Of a DNA stretch of 64,000 nucleotides, positions 35,072 to 44,816 are shown one piece after another. The position numbers were made by a program, and so were the translations under genes. Under the pieces are notes generated by a model that searched no databases, had not been told where the DNA came from, and saw nothing but the letters and a program-made list of their open reading frames with translations. This DNA is from Candidatus Nomurabacteria bacterium (GTDB lineage Bacteria; Patescibacteriota; Minisyncoccia; Phycocordibacterales; UBA9973): assembly GCA_016199805.1 (NCBI GenBank), contig JACQGC010000004.1, positions 106,908 through 170,907 of the forward strand, written 5' to 3'. Position 1 is the first letter of the stretch. The number at the start of each line of letters is the position of its first letter.

Positions 35072-37219
35072 ATGTACAAAAAAGAATATAGTGTAGAGAT
35101 TGGAGGAAAAACTTTAACTGCCATGTTTACGGATTTGGCAGAGCAAGCTCACGGTTCGGTCTTATTAAAATACGGCGAGACTATCGTCCTCGCGACTGCT
35201 TGCATGTCGAAAGACAGACAAGCCGGGCTTGGATATTTTAATCTGACGGTGGACTACGTGGAGAAATTTTACGCAGCCGGAAAAATCCTGGGCTCACGTT
35301 TTGTGCGCCGGGAAGGGAAGCCATCCGAAGAAGCGATATTGGGCAGCAGAGTTATAGACAGAACTTTGCGTCCGCTTTTTGACCAATCCATCCGCCATGC
35401 AGTGCAGGTCATCGTTACAGTATTGTCTGTAGATGATAACGATCCCACGATTTTAGCGGTGAACGCCGCGTCCCTCGCTTTGGCTGTCTCCAATATTCCT
35501 TGGAATGGACCGGTAGGTTGCGTGAGAATTGGCAAGTATGCAGATAAAGACAACAGCGATACTTTAAAAATTAATCCGGCGCAATCTTTACGCTTGGGCG
35601 AAATGGATTACAAGTTTGACCTGACAGTTTGCGGCAAAGATGGAAATATAAATATGATTGAAGCGGCTGCGCACCAGAGCACCGAAGATGAACTGGAAAA
35701 AGCCTTCGGGGTAGCTAGCGCGGAAATAACCAAACTGGAAAATTTCCAGAAAAATATCGTCAAAGAAATCGGTAAAGAAAAAAGAGTGATAGAAAAAGAG
35801 ATAATCAATCCGGAGTCTACGGCATTGTTCAACGAAAATATCTTGCCCAAAATGGAGACGGCAATTTTCAACGAAGTCGGCAAAAAACATATTGATGAAT
35901 TGCACAATGTTTGGAACAAAATGGTAGCGGAAAAATATCCCGACCGAAAAGATTTTGCAGTTGAGGATGATTTATTTGATGACACCGAAAACGACATCTT
36001 ACACAAAAAAGCGATTGAAGAAAATTTGCGAGCTGATGGCCGAAAAATGGATGAGGTGCGTGATTTGTACGCGCAAGCCGGTGGACTTTCTCCTGTTCTA
36101 CACGGCTCTGGAATTTTTTATCGTGGGGGCACACACGTTCTTTCCGTATTAACTTTGGGAGGACCGGACGACAGAAATTTGGTGGATGGATTGCAACTGA
36201 AAACAGAAAAAAGATTTATGCACCATTACAACTTTCCGCCGTACTCGGCCGGAGAAACCGGACGCGCGGGATTTACAAATCGTCGCGAAGTCGGGCACGG
36301 AGCACTTGCTGAAAAAGCATTGCTTATGGTGTTGCCGCCAGTGACAGAATTTCCGTACACAATCCGAATCGTTTCTGAATCGATGGCCTCGAATGGTTCC
36401 ACTTCACAAGCTTCCATCTGCGCATCTATTCTCGCGCTCATGGATGGTGGAGTGCCCATCCTTGCCCCGGTCGCGGGTATCGCCATGGGATTGATGATGA
36501 CGACATCCGCCAAAGGCGGACAAGAATATAAAGTGCTGACCGACATCCAGGGACCTGAAGACCATTACGGTGATATGGATTTTAAAATTGCCGGTACACG
36601 TGAAGGGGTCACGGCTATCCAACTGGATGTGAAAGTAGAAGGTGTGCCGATAAAAATATTGGGCGAAGCCATGAAGCAAGCCAAAGGTGCGCGCGTAACC
36701 ATCATCGACAGAATTGAAAAAGAAATTCCAAAACCTCGGGCCAATATTTCTCCAAACGCTCCAGAAATCTTAATCATCAAAATCAATCCGGATAAGATAG
36801 GTATGGTTATCGGTGGTGGCGGAAAAACCATCAAAGACATTCAAGAGAGAACCGGGGCAACGATAACAATTGACGACGACGGAACTATCTATTTCACCGG
36901 TAAAGACGGTTCGGCCGGAAAAGCCAAAGCAATAGTGGAAGAAATGACCCATGAGTTTAAAATAGGCGAAGTTTTGCAAGGAAAAATAGTAAAAATGGCT
37001 GATTTTGGAGCCTTTGTTGAGCTCAATCCCTTTACCGATGGCATGGTGCATATATCCGAAATGGCCCCGTTCCGCGTGGAAAGAGTGTCCGACCTGGTAA
37101 AAGAAGGCATGATTGTGCCAGTCAAAATAATAAATATAGACGCGGAAAGAGGCAAAATCGGCCTATCTATCAAAGAAGCCGACAAAGATTTCTTCTCCGC
37201 TCACATCAAAAAGGCGTAA
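35072..37219 (+). CDS. pnp: Polynucleotide phosphorylase
   Basis: 715 aa; two RNase PH domains, KH (IGMVIGGGGKTIKDI) and S1 (GEVLQGKIVKMADFGAFVEL) domains. Confidence 0.9.
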   Translation: MYKKEYSVEIGGKTLTAMFTDLAEQAHGSVLLKYGETIVLATACMSKDRQAGLGYFNLTVDYVEKFYAAGKILGSRFVRREGKPSEEAILGSRVIDRTLRPLFDQSIRHAVQVIVTVLSVDDNDPTILAVNAASLALAVSNIPWNGPVGCVRIGKYADKDNSDTLKINPAQSLRLGEMDYKFDLTVCGKDGNINMIEAAAHQSTEDELEKAFGVASAEITKLENFQKNIVKEIGKEKRVIEKEIINPESTALFNENILPKMETAIFNEVGKKHIDELHNVWNKMVAEKYPDRKDFAVEDDLFDDTENDILHKKAIEENLRADGRKMDEVRDLYAQAGGLSPVLHGSGIFYRGGTHVLSVLTLGGPDDRNLVDGLQLKTEKRFMHHYNFPPYSAGETGRAGFTNRREVGHGALAEKALLMVLPPVTEFPYTIRIVSESMASNGSTSQASICASILALMDGGVPILAPVAGIAMGLMMTTSAKGGQEYKVLTDIQGPEDHYGDMDFKIAGTREGVTAIQLDVKVEGVPIKILGEAMKQAKGARVTIIDRIEKEIPKPRANISPNAPEILIIKINPDKIGMVIGGGGKTIKDIQERTGATITIDDDGTIYFTGKDGSAGKAKAIVEEMTHEFKIGEVLQGKIVKMADFGAFVELNPFTDGMVHISEMAPFRVERVSDLVKEGMIVPVKIINIDAERGKIGLSIKEADKDFFSAHIKKA

Positions 37220-37337
37220 AATTCTAAAAAAATGTTAGAATATAAAAGATAAAGTAAGAAGACCCCGAAAGAATTTTTTAGACTTTATTTTATGAATGAG
37301 ATGAACACTTAGTAAGTAAATTATATTTTTAGTCAAC

Positions 37338-38231
37338 ATGACAAAAGAAAGTGAAAATTCAAACGGGGCAGGTAAAAATCTCGAGCACAGCGCAATCGTG
37401 GAAACTTACAGCGGAGACATGGCCGAGGTCCTTGAGAGCGACACAGAAGGGCTAATCAAAAAAATAATTCACGGCGAAGAGGAACATAGCAAGGAACAAA
37501 AAGAAATGTCTCCCGAGTCGAAGAAAAACAGGCTTTTCATGATTATCGGTATAGTGTTGATTGCCATAGCTTTGATTATTTTATCTTTTTTCTTATTTAG
37601 GAAAAATGCAAGTACTGTTCCCGTGGCGCAGCAGTTCATTCCAATTGTTTTTAACGACCAAATAACTTATCTCGAAATTTCCGGACTCAAAAAAGACCAG
37701 ATAGCCCAAGCCGTGCTGAACGACATCGATAATACAAAGGTAAAAGTGGGAGGACTGGAGGGTATTTATCCGACCGAAAATAAAAAAATAATCGGACTGA
37801 GAAGATTTATCTCTCTGACAGAGAGCGGCTTTGCTCCGGGAGATAACCCGCTTTTCATCAACGACAATTTCTTGATGGGAGATGTGAATAGTCCGGCCGG
37901 ACCCGCCTCTGAATTGGCGGGCAAGGATTTTTTCATGCTGATAAAAGTGCGGCAGACAGCGGATGTCTTTGCCCCGATGCGCGCGTGGGAAAAGAATCTT
38001 TTTGTCGACTTGCGCGGTTTTTTGAGTATAAATACCGGCAGCGATACAAGCTACCTGCTCTCGAAAAATTTTGAAGACGGAATTATAGAAAACAAAAACG
38101 CTCGAATACTTTATGACCAAAACAAGCAAATAGTTTTGATGTACATTTTTGCCAATGATAATTCGGTAATCATCACTGGCTCGGAAGCCGCAGCGCACGA
38201 GGTATTGCTTCGCTTGGCTTCGGGGAAGTAA
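37338..38231 (+). CDS. Membrane-anchored hypothetical protein
   Basis: 297 aa; acidic N-terminus, one TM (LFMIIGIVLIAIALIILSFFLF), extracytoplasmic domain. Confidence 0.5.
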   Translation: MTKESENSNGAGKNLEHSAIVETYSGDMAEVLESDTEGLIKKIIHGEEEHSKEQKEMSPESKKNRLFMIIGIVLIAIALIILSFFLFRKNASTVPVAQQFIPIVFNDQITYLEISGLKKDQIAQAVLNDIDNTKVKVGGLEGIYPTENKKIIGLRRFISLTESGFAPGDNPLFINDNFLMGDVNSPAGPASELAGKDFFMLIKVRQTADVFAPMRAWEKNLFVDLRGFLSINTGSDTSYLLSKNFEDGIIENKNARILYDQNKQIVLMYIFANDNSVIITGSEAAAHEVLLRLASGK

Positions 38232-38251
38232 CCCAAAAGACCGTCTTTTGG

Positions 38252-39850
38252 CTATTCTATAGCCGGTAATTCTAGATAAAATTGAGAACCTTTGTCGGCG
38301 CCTTCGGATTCCGCCCAGACACGTCCTTTGTGGGCTTCTATTATGAATTTCACGGAATAGAGACCATAGCCGGTGCTGTCCACATTTACCTTAACCGAGT
38401 TTTTACCTCTGCCACCTTCGGTAAACAACCCTTTTTTGTCTTCTTCGGTAATGCCTACTCCTGTGTCTTTAACTGAAAGTAAAATTTTGTCAGCATTCTT
38501 TTCCAAGCCAACTGTTATTTTTCCCTCCCGTGTATATTTTATGGAGTTTTCAATCAAATTATTTACGGCTTCTTTGAGCCAGAAAGCATCACCCAAAACC
38601 GAGTAAGCATTTTCTTTTATTTTCATCGTAATTTCCAAACCTTTTGCTTTTGCTGAAACATTTTTTTCCTCGACAGTTTTCTGCACGATTTCTTTAAAGT
38701 CAGTTTTTTGCATATCGTATTTTACGATGCCTTTTTGCAGATTGTCCGCGTTTAAAACCAAATCCACGGTCTCGATACCCATATTGTCGGATTCCAGTCC
38801 CTGCTCGGCTCTCTTTTTTACTTCGTCATTTATTTCACCGAAAGTTCCATCCAAAATTCCGGCAAAAATATATTTGGAACGGGTAAAAGAGCCTTTGACT
38901 TTGTGGGTGACCAAGTGCACTAAGCTCTCTCTTTGCTTGATGGATTCTTCCAGGCTGGTGTTGAGCTTTGCCAGTTCTTCTTTTTGTTCAACTTCTAAGA
39001 TAACACTTCTGATTAAATTTATGCCAAATATGAGCACTAATAGGAAAACACTGCTTCTAAAAATAATCAGGACAAGAGTATTTGAAAATATTATTTCCAG
39101 AAATAAAACGATTGATAGAAGAAAAACCAGCGTTGAGGTAGAAACTACTTTTATACTGAAAAGACGATGATGTAGGATTGCATAAGTGGTGAAAATGACG
39201 AAGGGGAAAGTGAATAATGCACCCAAAGGAAGGTATCTTGGATTTTCCAGAATAGCTGGAAATATAAAGTTAAAGGTTATAATTAACCCGAACATAATAG
39301 CTGTTCCGAAAAGTATTTTAACGTAGGCTCCTGATTGTGCCTTGTCCGCACGGTGAAGATTTCTAATAAATATAAATAAAGCCGAAATTACCAAAGCAAC
39401 ACTGACCACTCCAAAAAGAGGGATAGCTGGCCCGTTTGATATTTTTATTATACTTCCTGTCGCCGACATTTCTTTTATTTTGGAAAGAACCAAAGGTGAA
39501 GCTGATATACCTGCCGTAAGCAGCACAAACGGCACCAAAAGATATTTGTAGATTTTGGAAAATATTACTGTTGTATTTGGGAATACGTAAAAAAATTGAA
39601 AAATAGAAAAAGCTTGAAGTACCGCCAAAAATAAAACCAATCTTAGTAGCGCAAAAGCTATGTTTGGGTTCATGAGCTTATATCCAAAATAGTTTGCCAA
39701 CCCCCATACTCCAGTAACTATTGAGAATAAAAGGAATGTTTTATTAGTTATGCTTTTCTTATCAGTAAAGAACACCGTAAACCCAAGTATAAAGGTTCCC
39801 GCAATTGCCACGGCAACCGACAGAATATCCAAATTTTCTATTACATTCAT
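38252..39850 (-). CDS. Sensor histidine kinase with polytopic N-terminal sensor domain (no cognate response regulator nearby)
   Basis: At least 8 TM; HATPase_c motifs NLIENSIKYT, DTGVGI, GYGLYSVKFIIEAHKGRVW. Confidence 0.7.
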   Translation of the reverse strand: MNVIENLDILSVAVAIAGTFILGFTVFFTDKKSITNKTFLLFSIVTGVWGLANYFGYKLMNPNIAFALLRLVLFLAVLQAFSIFQFFYVFPNTTVIFSKIYKYLLVPFVLLTAGISASPLVLSKIKEMSATGSIIKISNGPAIPLFGVVSVALVISALFIFIRNLHRADKAQSGAYVKILFGTAIMFGLIITFNFIFPAILENPRYLPLGALFTFPFVIFTTYAILHHRLFSIKVVSTSTLVFLLSIVLFLEIIFSNTLVLIIFRSSVFLLVLIFGINLIRSVILEVEQKEELAKLNTSLEESIKQRESLVHLVTHKVKGSFTRSKYIFAGILDGTFGEINDEVKKRAEQGLESDNMGIETVDLVLNADNLQKGIVKYDMQKTDFKEIVQKTVEEKNVSAKAKGLEITMKIKENAYSVLGDAFWLKEAVNNLIENSIKYTREGKITVGLEKNADKILLSVKDTGVGITEEDKKGLFTEGGRGKNSVKVNVDSTGYGLYSVKFIIEAHKGRVWAESEGADKGSQFYLELPAIE

Positions 39851-39887
39851 ATGTTGTTTTTATTATATATTAAAATACATTCATTTC

Positions 39888-40943
39888 CTATTCTATAACT
39901 GGTTCCTTCCTACTGCTGCGAGCTGACGGATTTTTTGCGTAGCCAACGCGGAACATCAGAAGAGGTACCTCGCTTGAGGATAGATTGAACGCGGAAAATA
40001 TGTCTTGGTATGATTTTAATGCAATTTTTTTGTGTTTCTGGCTTAGTATCTGGTCGGTCAAACTGTTTTGTAGTTTAAAGCCCAAAAAAAGAATTGCGGC
40101 TACCGGCTGAAAAGCAAGCCCCAGTGACGTTGTTTTTAGCCAGATTTCCTGCAGTTTCATTCCAAGTTTAACAAAATTTTCCGGGGATATTTTTTTTAAA
40201 GTTAATAATCCCATTACAGAACTACTCGAATATAACACCGCATCTTGTTTCGCAATAAAATAAGGCAGATGAATTTTTACTGCCAGTCGCATCAATATTT
40301 TATTACTGGCTAACTTAAAAAGAAGTCGTTGCACAGGATTAAATTCCATTGTTTTTATATAAAGACCGTGTTTTTCTTTCCTTTCCTGTTTTTCGGACCA
40401 CATCACATCCTTGAAAAGGTATTCGTGAAGTAATTTATTTTCTAAAATAATTATTTCTGCTGAACTCCCCGCTGTTCCAGCCAGATTTTTATTTTCCGTA
40501 TCCGTTATAAAATGAACGGAAACATCGTCAAACGCACCTGCCTCTTCAAAGAGTATATTTTCTTTTCCAGAAAGTTGTTTTTGCTCATAGGGTCTTCTAT
40601 TTGTCGCCCGTTTCGCGATAAATTCAAACAGAGGATCAATCTGTATATCTAAACTGTTTTCAAAATTAATTTCTGCCACAAGATTTAAATCGCCCGGTTC
40701 CGGGAATAATTTTATTTTTGTCACTAATCCTAGTTTTGGGGATGCGATTTCTATATTTTTTAGCAGTGCGCCATGTGCAATCAAGGAACCACCCTGCATG
40801 AAATTTAAATACGGGTTATCTTTGTCCGGTAAATTATAAATTCTAAGCGTGGTGTTTGATAAAACAAACCGCCATGGTTGGGAGTTGTCACCCGATGGGG
40901 CCATCACACTATATGAAAGTATTTCTTTTATTTTTTTATCCAT
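39888..40943 (-). CDS. Nitroreductase-superfamily FMN oxidoreductase, double-domain (Acg/SagB-like)
   Basis: APSGDNSQPWRF and IAKRATNRRPY (RRSxR-like FMN-binding) motifs; 351 aa, longer than single-domain nitroreductases. Confidence 0.6.
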   Translation of the reverse strand: MDKKIKEILSYSVMAPSGDNSQPWRFVLSNTTLRIYNLPDKDNPYLNFMQGGSLIAHGALLKNIEIASPKLGLVTKIKLFPEPGDLNLVAEINFENSLDIQIDPLFEFIAKRATNRRPYEQKQLSGKENILFEEAGAFDDVSVHFITDTENKNLAGTAGSSAEIIILENKLLHEYLFKDVMWSEKQERKEKHGLYIKTMEFNPVQRLLFKLASNKILMRLAVKIHLPYFIAKQDAVLYSSSSVMGLLTLKKISPENFVKLGMKLQEIWLKTTSLGLAFQPVAAILFLGFKLQNSLTDQILSQKHKKIALKSYQDIFSAFNLSSSEVPLLMFRVGYAKNPSARSSRKEPVIE

Positions 40944-42445
40944 TTTTGCTTTATTCCTGGCTTAAAGTATTCTTGGCTTCCGTTTTTCCAAAGCGTCACG
41001 GAAACGCGCGCCCTATCATTGAAATGACTTATTGTCTCCTTGTATTCTGAATGAGTTTTTAGCAGCTGATTATGGATAAGTTCCGTAACTTCATTTAAAA
41101 GATGTGCGGACGGGCTGACATTTTTTTTAAGTTCAACGTGGACAATAAGTTTCGGGTCTTGTTCCCCGGAAAAACTTGATTCAAGTACGAATTTTCCGGT
41201 AACTTTCTTTTGGATGTCCTTTCCTAATAATATTTTCCTTATAGGACCTGGATATACCTGAAAAGCATAATAGCTCACAGAAAAATCGCTTCTCTCAAAC
41301 ACATAAACAAACGGCAGTTCCCAAACACTACCCTGTATTTTATGTTTTTTGGCTTCTATCTGAAGATCAATGCCAAATTCTTTGAATAAATAGACCATAT
41401 CCCGGAACCTTATGACACTTCCTCTGTCCTCCAGGTCATATCTGATTAAGGGAATTGCGCTTTCGCTGGTGCAGTAAATATTATTATCAATAGATTCGAA
41501 ATAAAACAACTCTGGCAGATATTGTGTCAGGGTTGGTATTTTTATGATATTTCCGAATATTTTTTTATACAAAACCTCATTTTTTTCGGCCAATTTTTTT
41601 ATCAAAATACAGATAGGTGTTTCGTAAGACATAGTTCCGAGGTCTACTGTGCCATAATGGTTGAGCGTATCCAAAAAAATATTCTTACTGCCAACAATAT
41701 CACCGACATAATCTCGGAAAGATTCAGGGAAAGCTTCTGCAGAAAATACGAACTTAATGTTATATTTTTTCCAGTTGATACCCTCATGAAGTCCCGCATC
41801 CAAAATATCTTTGGCAAATGGGCCATATGCCCCGATGATTATTTGGTCGTAATTTTTTCCCATTTTTCCCACTGTTTTTATAACCAAAGAAGTATCAATT
41901 CCGGCCGTAATTATGCTTAGCGGATAGTTTGCCTCACGAGCAATTCGGGTTATCACTTCATAGGTAAAAATACCACCAATCCATGGGCCCATCGGAAAAG
42001 CATCAATATATAAAGTTTTTTTCTTGTGTACTTGAAAATTATTTCTTAAATAAATTTCAGCGTAGAGCTGGTATTGTCTATCCTGTGTTTCAGTTCTGGG
42101 GAAATAAAACGGTTCCCCTGTCGAACCTGAAGTAGTGGCAAAAACCCTGGGTATCTCTGTCAATTGGTTTTTAGTAAAAAGTTTTTCAAAAGGATAAGAC
42201 CTCAAATAGCTGTTTTTACCCGGAGGCGGTAAATCTTTAAATTCGCTCACTGTTTTAACAAGAGGTATTTTACCGATTTGTTTTTTTAAAAAATCTTTAT
42301 AAGCCGGAACCTGTTTGGCTTCCTTAAAAAGTTTCAAAAGATTTTTTTCGCCACGTTTAATCCAAAAAGACTCCTTTTTGGTTCCGAGTAGCTTTTCCAA
42401 TTCAAGAGTTTTTTTGTGAACGGAATACCTCATATGTTTATTCAA
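40928..42445 (-). CDS. ANL-superfamily adenylate-forming enzyme, PaaK/coenzyme-F390-synthetase-like
   Basis: 505 aa; ATTSGSTGEPFYFP (TSGSTG P-loop of PaaK/F390 ligases). Confidence 0.6.
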   Translation of the reverse strand: MNKHMRYSVHKKTLELEKLLGTKKESFWIKRGEKNLLKLFKEAKQVPAYKDFLKKQIGKIPLVKTVSEFKDLPPPGKNSYLRSYPFEKLFTKNQLTEIPRVFATTSGSTGEPFYFPRTETQDRQYQLYAEIYLRNNFQVHKKKTLYIDAFPMGPWIGGIFTYEVITRIAREANYPLSIITAGIDTSLVIKTVGKMGKNYDQIIIGAYGPFAKDILDAGLHEGINWKKYNIKFVFSAEAFPESFRDYVGDIVGSKNIFLDTLNHYGTVDLGTMSYETPICILIKKLAEKNEVLYKKIFGNIIKIPTLTQYLPELFYFESIDNNIYCTSESAIPLIRYDLEDRGSVIRFRDMVYLFKEFGIDLQIEAKKHKIQGSVWELPFVYVFERSDFSVSYYAFQVYPGPIRKILLGKDIQKKVTGKFVLESSFSGEQDPKLIVHVELKKNVSPSAHLLNEVTELIHNQLLKTHSEYKETISHFNDRARVSVTLWKNGSQEYFKPGIKQKWIKK

Positions 42446-43503
42446 AAATTATTAAATTTTTTCTCAGCGATTTCATTGGCTATAATGTTTGTAGCTTTTT
42501 TATTTTGGTCGCTTCCTATGAAAATTTCATTCAAAATATCCTTAATTTTCATTACCTTGGCGCTGACAGTGTCTTTGTTGTAAATTTTATTACTATATTC
42601 ATCAAAAACACTAATAAGCCCTCCCGCATTTGCAATATAATCAGGCGCATATAAAATATGCTTCTCGAAAAGAACCGTACCGAGAGATTCTTTTTCCAGC
42701 TGGTTGTTGGCTCCACCCGCGACAATCTTGCATCTCAAATCCTGTATAGTTTTTTCATTAATTACTCCTCCCAAAGCGCAAGGACAAAATACATCCACTT
42801 CTAGCTTGTGAATTTCCTTAGGGTCGACGATTTTAACATCTGGAAATTTTTCTTTAATCATCTTTATTTTTTCCGGAATAATATCGGAAACATAGATGAT
42901 GCGACAACCTGAATCCGAGAGGAGTTTTATCAATCCGGCGCCGATATTCCCGACTCCTTGAATTGCAAAACTTCTTTTTGAAACATCTTTCGTGCTAAAT
43001 ACTTTTTGCAGAGATACTTGGATAGCGTTGTAGATGCCAAGAGTGGTAAATTCCACTGAATTATCGTTAAACCCCACAATATATGGAGTTTCCTCTTTCA
43101 TAATGGCCAAATCCCTCTGGCATAAACCAACGTCAGTACCTGTAATAAATTTTCCTTTGAGTAAGTCTACATTTTTCGCATATTCTCTTAAAAGTTCCTC
43201 TCGATTTGGAGAGGTCGGGTTTGCAATAATTACGCCCTTCCCGCCGCCACAATCTAGTCCGGCCAGCGCGGCTTTATACGACATCATTCGAGATAAACGT
43301 AAGGAGTCCCGAAGTCCCTCTATACCATTTTTATATGCCCACATTCTAGTTGCTCCAAAGGAGGGGACAGTTGGATTTTTCCTGTGAATGGAGATGTACC
43401 CCTTGAAGCCAATGTCTTTATTTTCTAAAAGAAAAACCCCATTGTGATTTTCAAATTCCGGCAGGGCTCTGATTTCGGGATTATTTGTTATGTCTGTTAT
43501 CAT
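42442..43503 (-). CDS. Glu/Leu/Phe/Val-family amino-acid dehydrogenase
   Basis: 353 aa; KAALAGLDCGGGKGVI catalytic glycine-rich motif; NAD Rossmann segment GVGNIGAGL. Confidence 0.75.
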   Translation of the reverse strand: MITDITNNPEIRALPEFENHNGVFLLENKDIGFKGYISIHRKNPTVPSFGATRMWAYKNGIEGLRDSLRLSRMMSYKAALAGLDCGGGKGVIIANPTSPNREELLREYAKNVDLLKGKFITGTDVGLCQRDLAIMKEETPYIVGFNDNSVEFTTLGIYNAIQVSLQKVFSTKDVSKRSFAIQGVGNIGAGLIKLLSDSGCRIIYVSDIIPEKIKMIKEKFPDVKIVDPKEIHKLEVDVFCPCALGGVINEKTIQDLRCKIVAGGANNQLEKESLGTVLFEKHILYAPDYIANAGGLISVFDEYSNKIYNKDTVSAKVMKIKDILNEIFIGSDQNKKATNIIANEIAEKKFNNF

Positions 43504-43506
43504 AAT

Positions 43507-44586
43507 TTATTCGTTGTGTGTGCCATATTGAATTCCGAGCGGGCTAATGTGTCCACGGACGTCGATTCGCTTGTCATAGCCGAGGATAATTTGCTTGATG
43601 GCGTATGTTGCCATTACTCCTGCCAGGATGGCAGCAGACCCAAGCTGTGGCCAGGATACCAATTCTTTCTTGATAACTCTAGATACTGATTTTATCATTC
43701 TTTTGTCCACTTTATTAATTCCTCCTACAATATCGGAAATAATTAACTCGGCAACTTTCTCTCTCGCAATACCGGGAGCCATAAAAGATTCAAAATGAGC
43801 CAACTCTTTCCCGAATATTTTTTTATGAGCTAAATCATATCGTTCAATATGTAAAACTATACTCTCGCCGTTATCGGTAACCATGACTACAGGCACTTTG
43901 TATTTTTGGGCGAGAACGCGTATGTCAATTTTTACAGCCATATTGTCGACTTCATCAACAATGAGATCCAGTTTTTTATGCCTTAAAAGATTTTCAATGT
44001 TTTTTTTATTGACTCCGTCGGACAAAACAGTGATTTTCGCGAAAGGATTATCTTCGTATATATGTCTAGCGGTGATGGCGCACTTACTTAAGCCGACCTG
44101 GTGAACACCAGCGATGATTCGGTTTAAATTTGTAGTATCCAGGGAGTCAAAATCGGAAATCGTAATCTCGTTCGAAATGCCAGCCTGCGTCAGCACCAGA
44201 GCAATATTGCTTCCGACACTCATTCCGAAAACCGCAATTTTAGCTTTTCGTAACTTGGTTTGTTCTCCCTCGGTGATCAGGTCTCTGTTTCGGTTGGTCT
44301 TTAATTCCAAATAATCTTTCTTCTGTACTGTTTTTACTAGAGAAAAATTCCATGGATAAAACACGTAAACATATTTTTTCCCTATTTTCTTGGAAAAATC
44401 TGCGAATTCTCGCGTTTGGTATGCTTTTTCTTTTTCCGGTCCAGCATATTCCGGATTTTTGATTATGAAGAGTTCCTTTACTTGGAACGAAAAAGCATCA
44501 ACAAAATTAATTGATTTATTTTTCATCAATTTTTTTGTCTCTATTTCGCTCAATATTACTGGCTTATATTCTTGTTTTCGTGTCAT
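43507..44586 (-). CDS. ThiF/MoeB/E1-like adenylyltransferase-family protein
   Basis: KIAVFGMSVGSNIALVLTQAGI nucleotide-binding segment, DFDSLDTTNLNRI motif. The track ORF extends to 44622, but the upstream 12 codons are AT-rich promoter-like sequence, so start set at Met-13. Confidence 0.6.
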   Translation of the reverse strand: MTRKQEYKPVILSEIETKKLMKNKSINFVDAFSFQVKELFIIKNPEYAGPEKEKAYQTREFADFSKKIGKKYVYVFYPWNFSLVKTVQKKDYLELKTNRNRDLITEGEQTKLRKAKIAVFGMSVGSNIALVLTQAGISNEITISDFDSLDTTNLNRIIAGVHQVGLSKCAITARHIYEDNPFAKITVLSDGVNKKNIENLLRHKKLDLIVDEVDNMAVKIDIRVLAQKYKVPVVMVTDNGESIVLHIERYDLAHKKIFGKELAHFESFMAPGIAREKVAELIISDIVGGINKVDKRMIKSVSRVIKKELVSWPQLGSAAILAGVMATYAIKQIILGYDKRIDVRGHISPLGIQYGTHNE

Positions 44587-44661
44587 TTCCCAAATGAAAG
44601 ATATGTGTATATTATAGCACATTAAATAAATGGAAAATAATCTAAAAAAAGCTATAAAAAT

Positions 44662-44787
44662 TTACTTTTTGATTTTTTTATTTAATCTCTTTGCCTCTTC
44701 AAGTGCCATATCAAAAATACTTTTCATAACATCTGACATTTCTTTAATTTCAATAATTACGGCTATGCCACCTTTTTCAGTGGACAT
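44662..44787 (-). CDS. Unlisted 42-aa ORF directly upstream of the ThiF-like operon (MSTEKGGIAVIIEIKEMSDVMKSIFDMALEEAKRLNKKIKK)
   Basis: Hand-translated; ATG at 44787-44785, TAA at 44664-44662; below the ORF-track length cutoff. Confidence 0.25.
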   Translation of the reverse strand: MSTEKGGIAVIIEIKEMSDVMKSIFDMALEEAKRLNKKIKK

Positions 44788-44816
44788 ATACGCAATCGCC
44801 AAAAAAATAGGATATA

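Noticed and set aside
35269-37185. Numerous 60-130-aa ORFs antisense to pnp, and similar sets inside rny, hppA, nusA, tig and the VirB4-like gene
   Set aside because: They lie entirely within well-supported long genes on the opposite strand and have low-complexity translations, so they are spurious.
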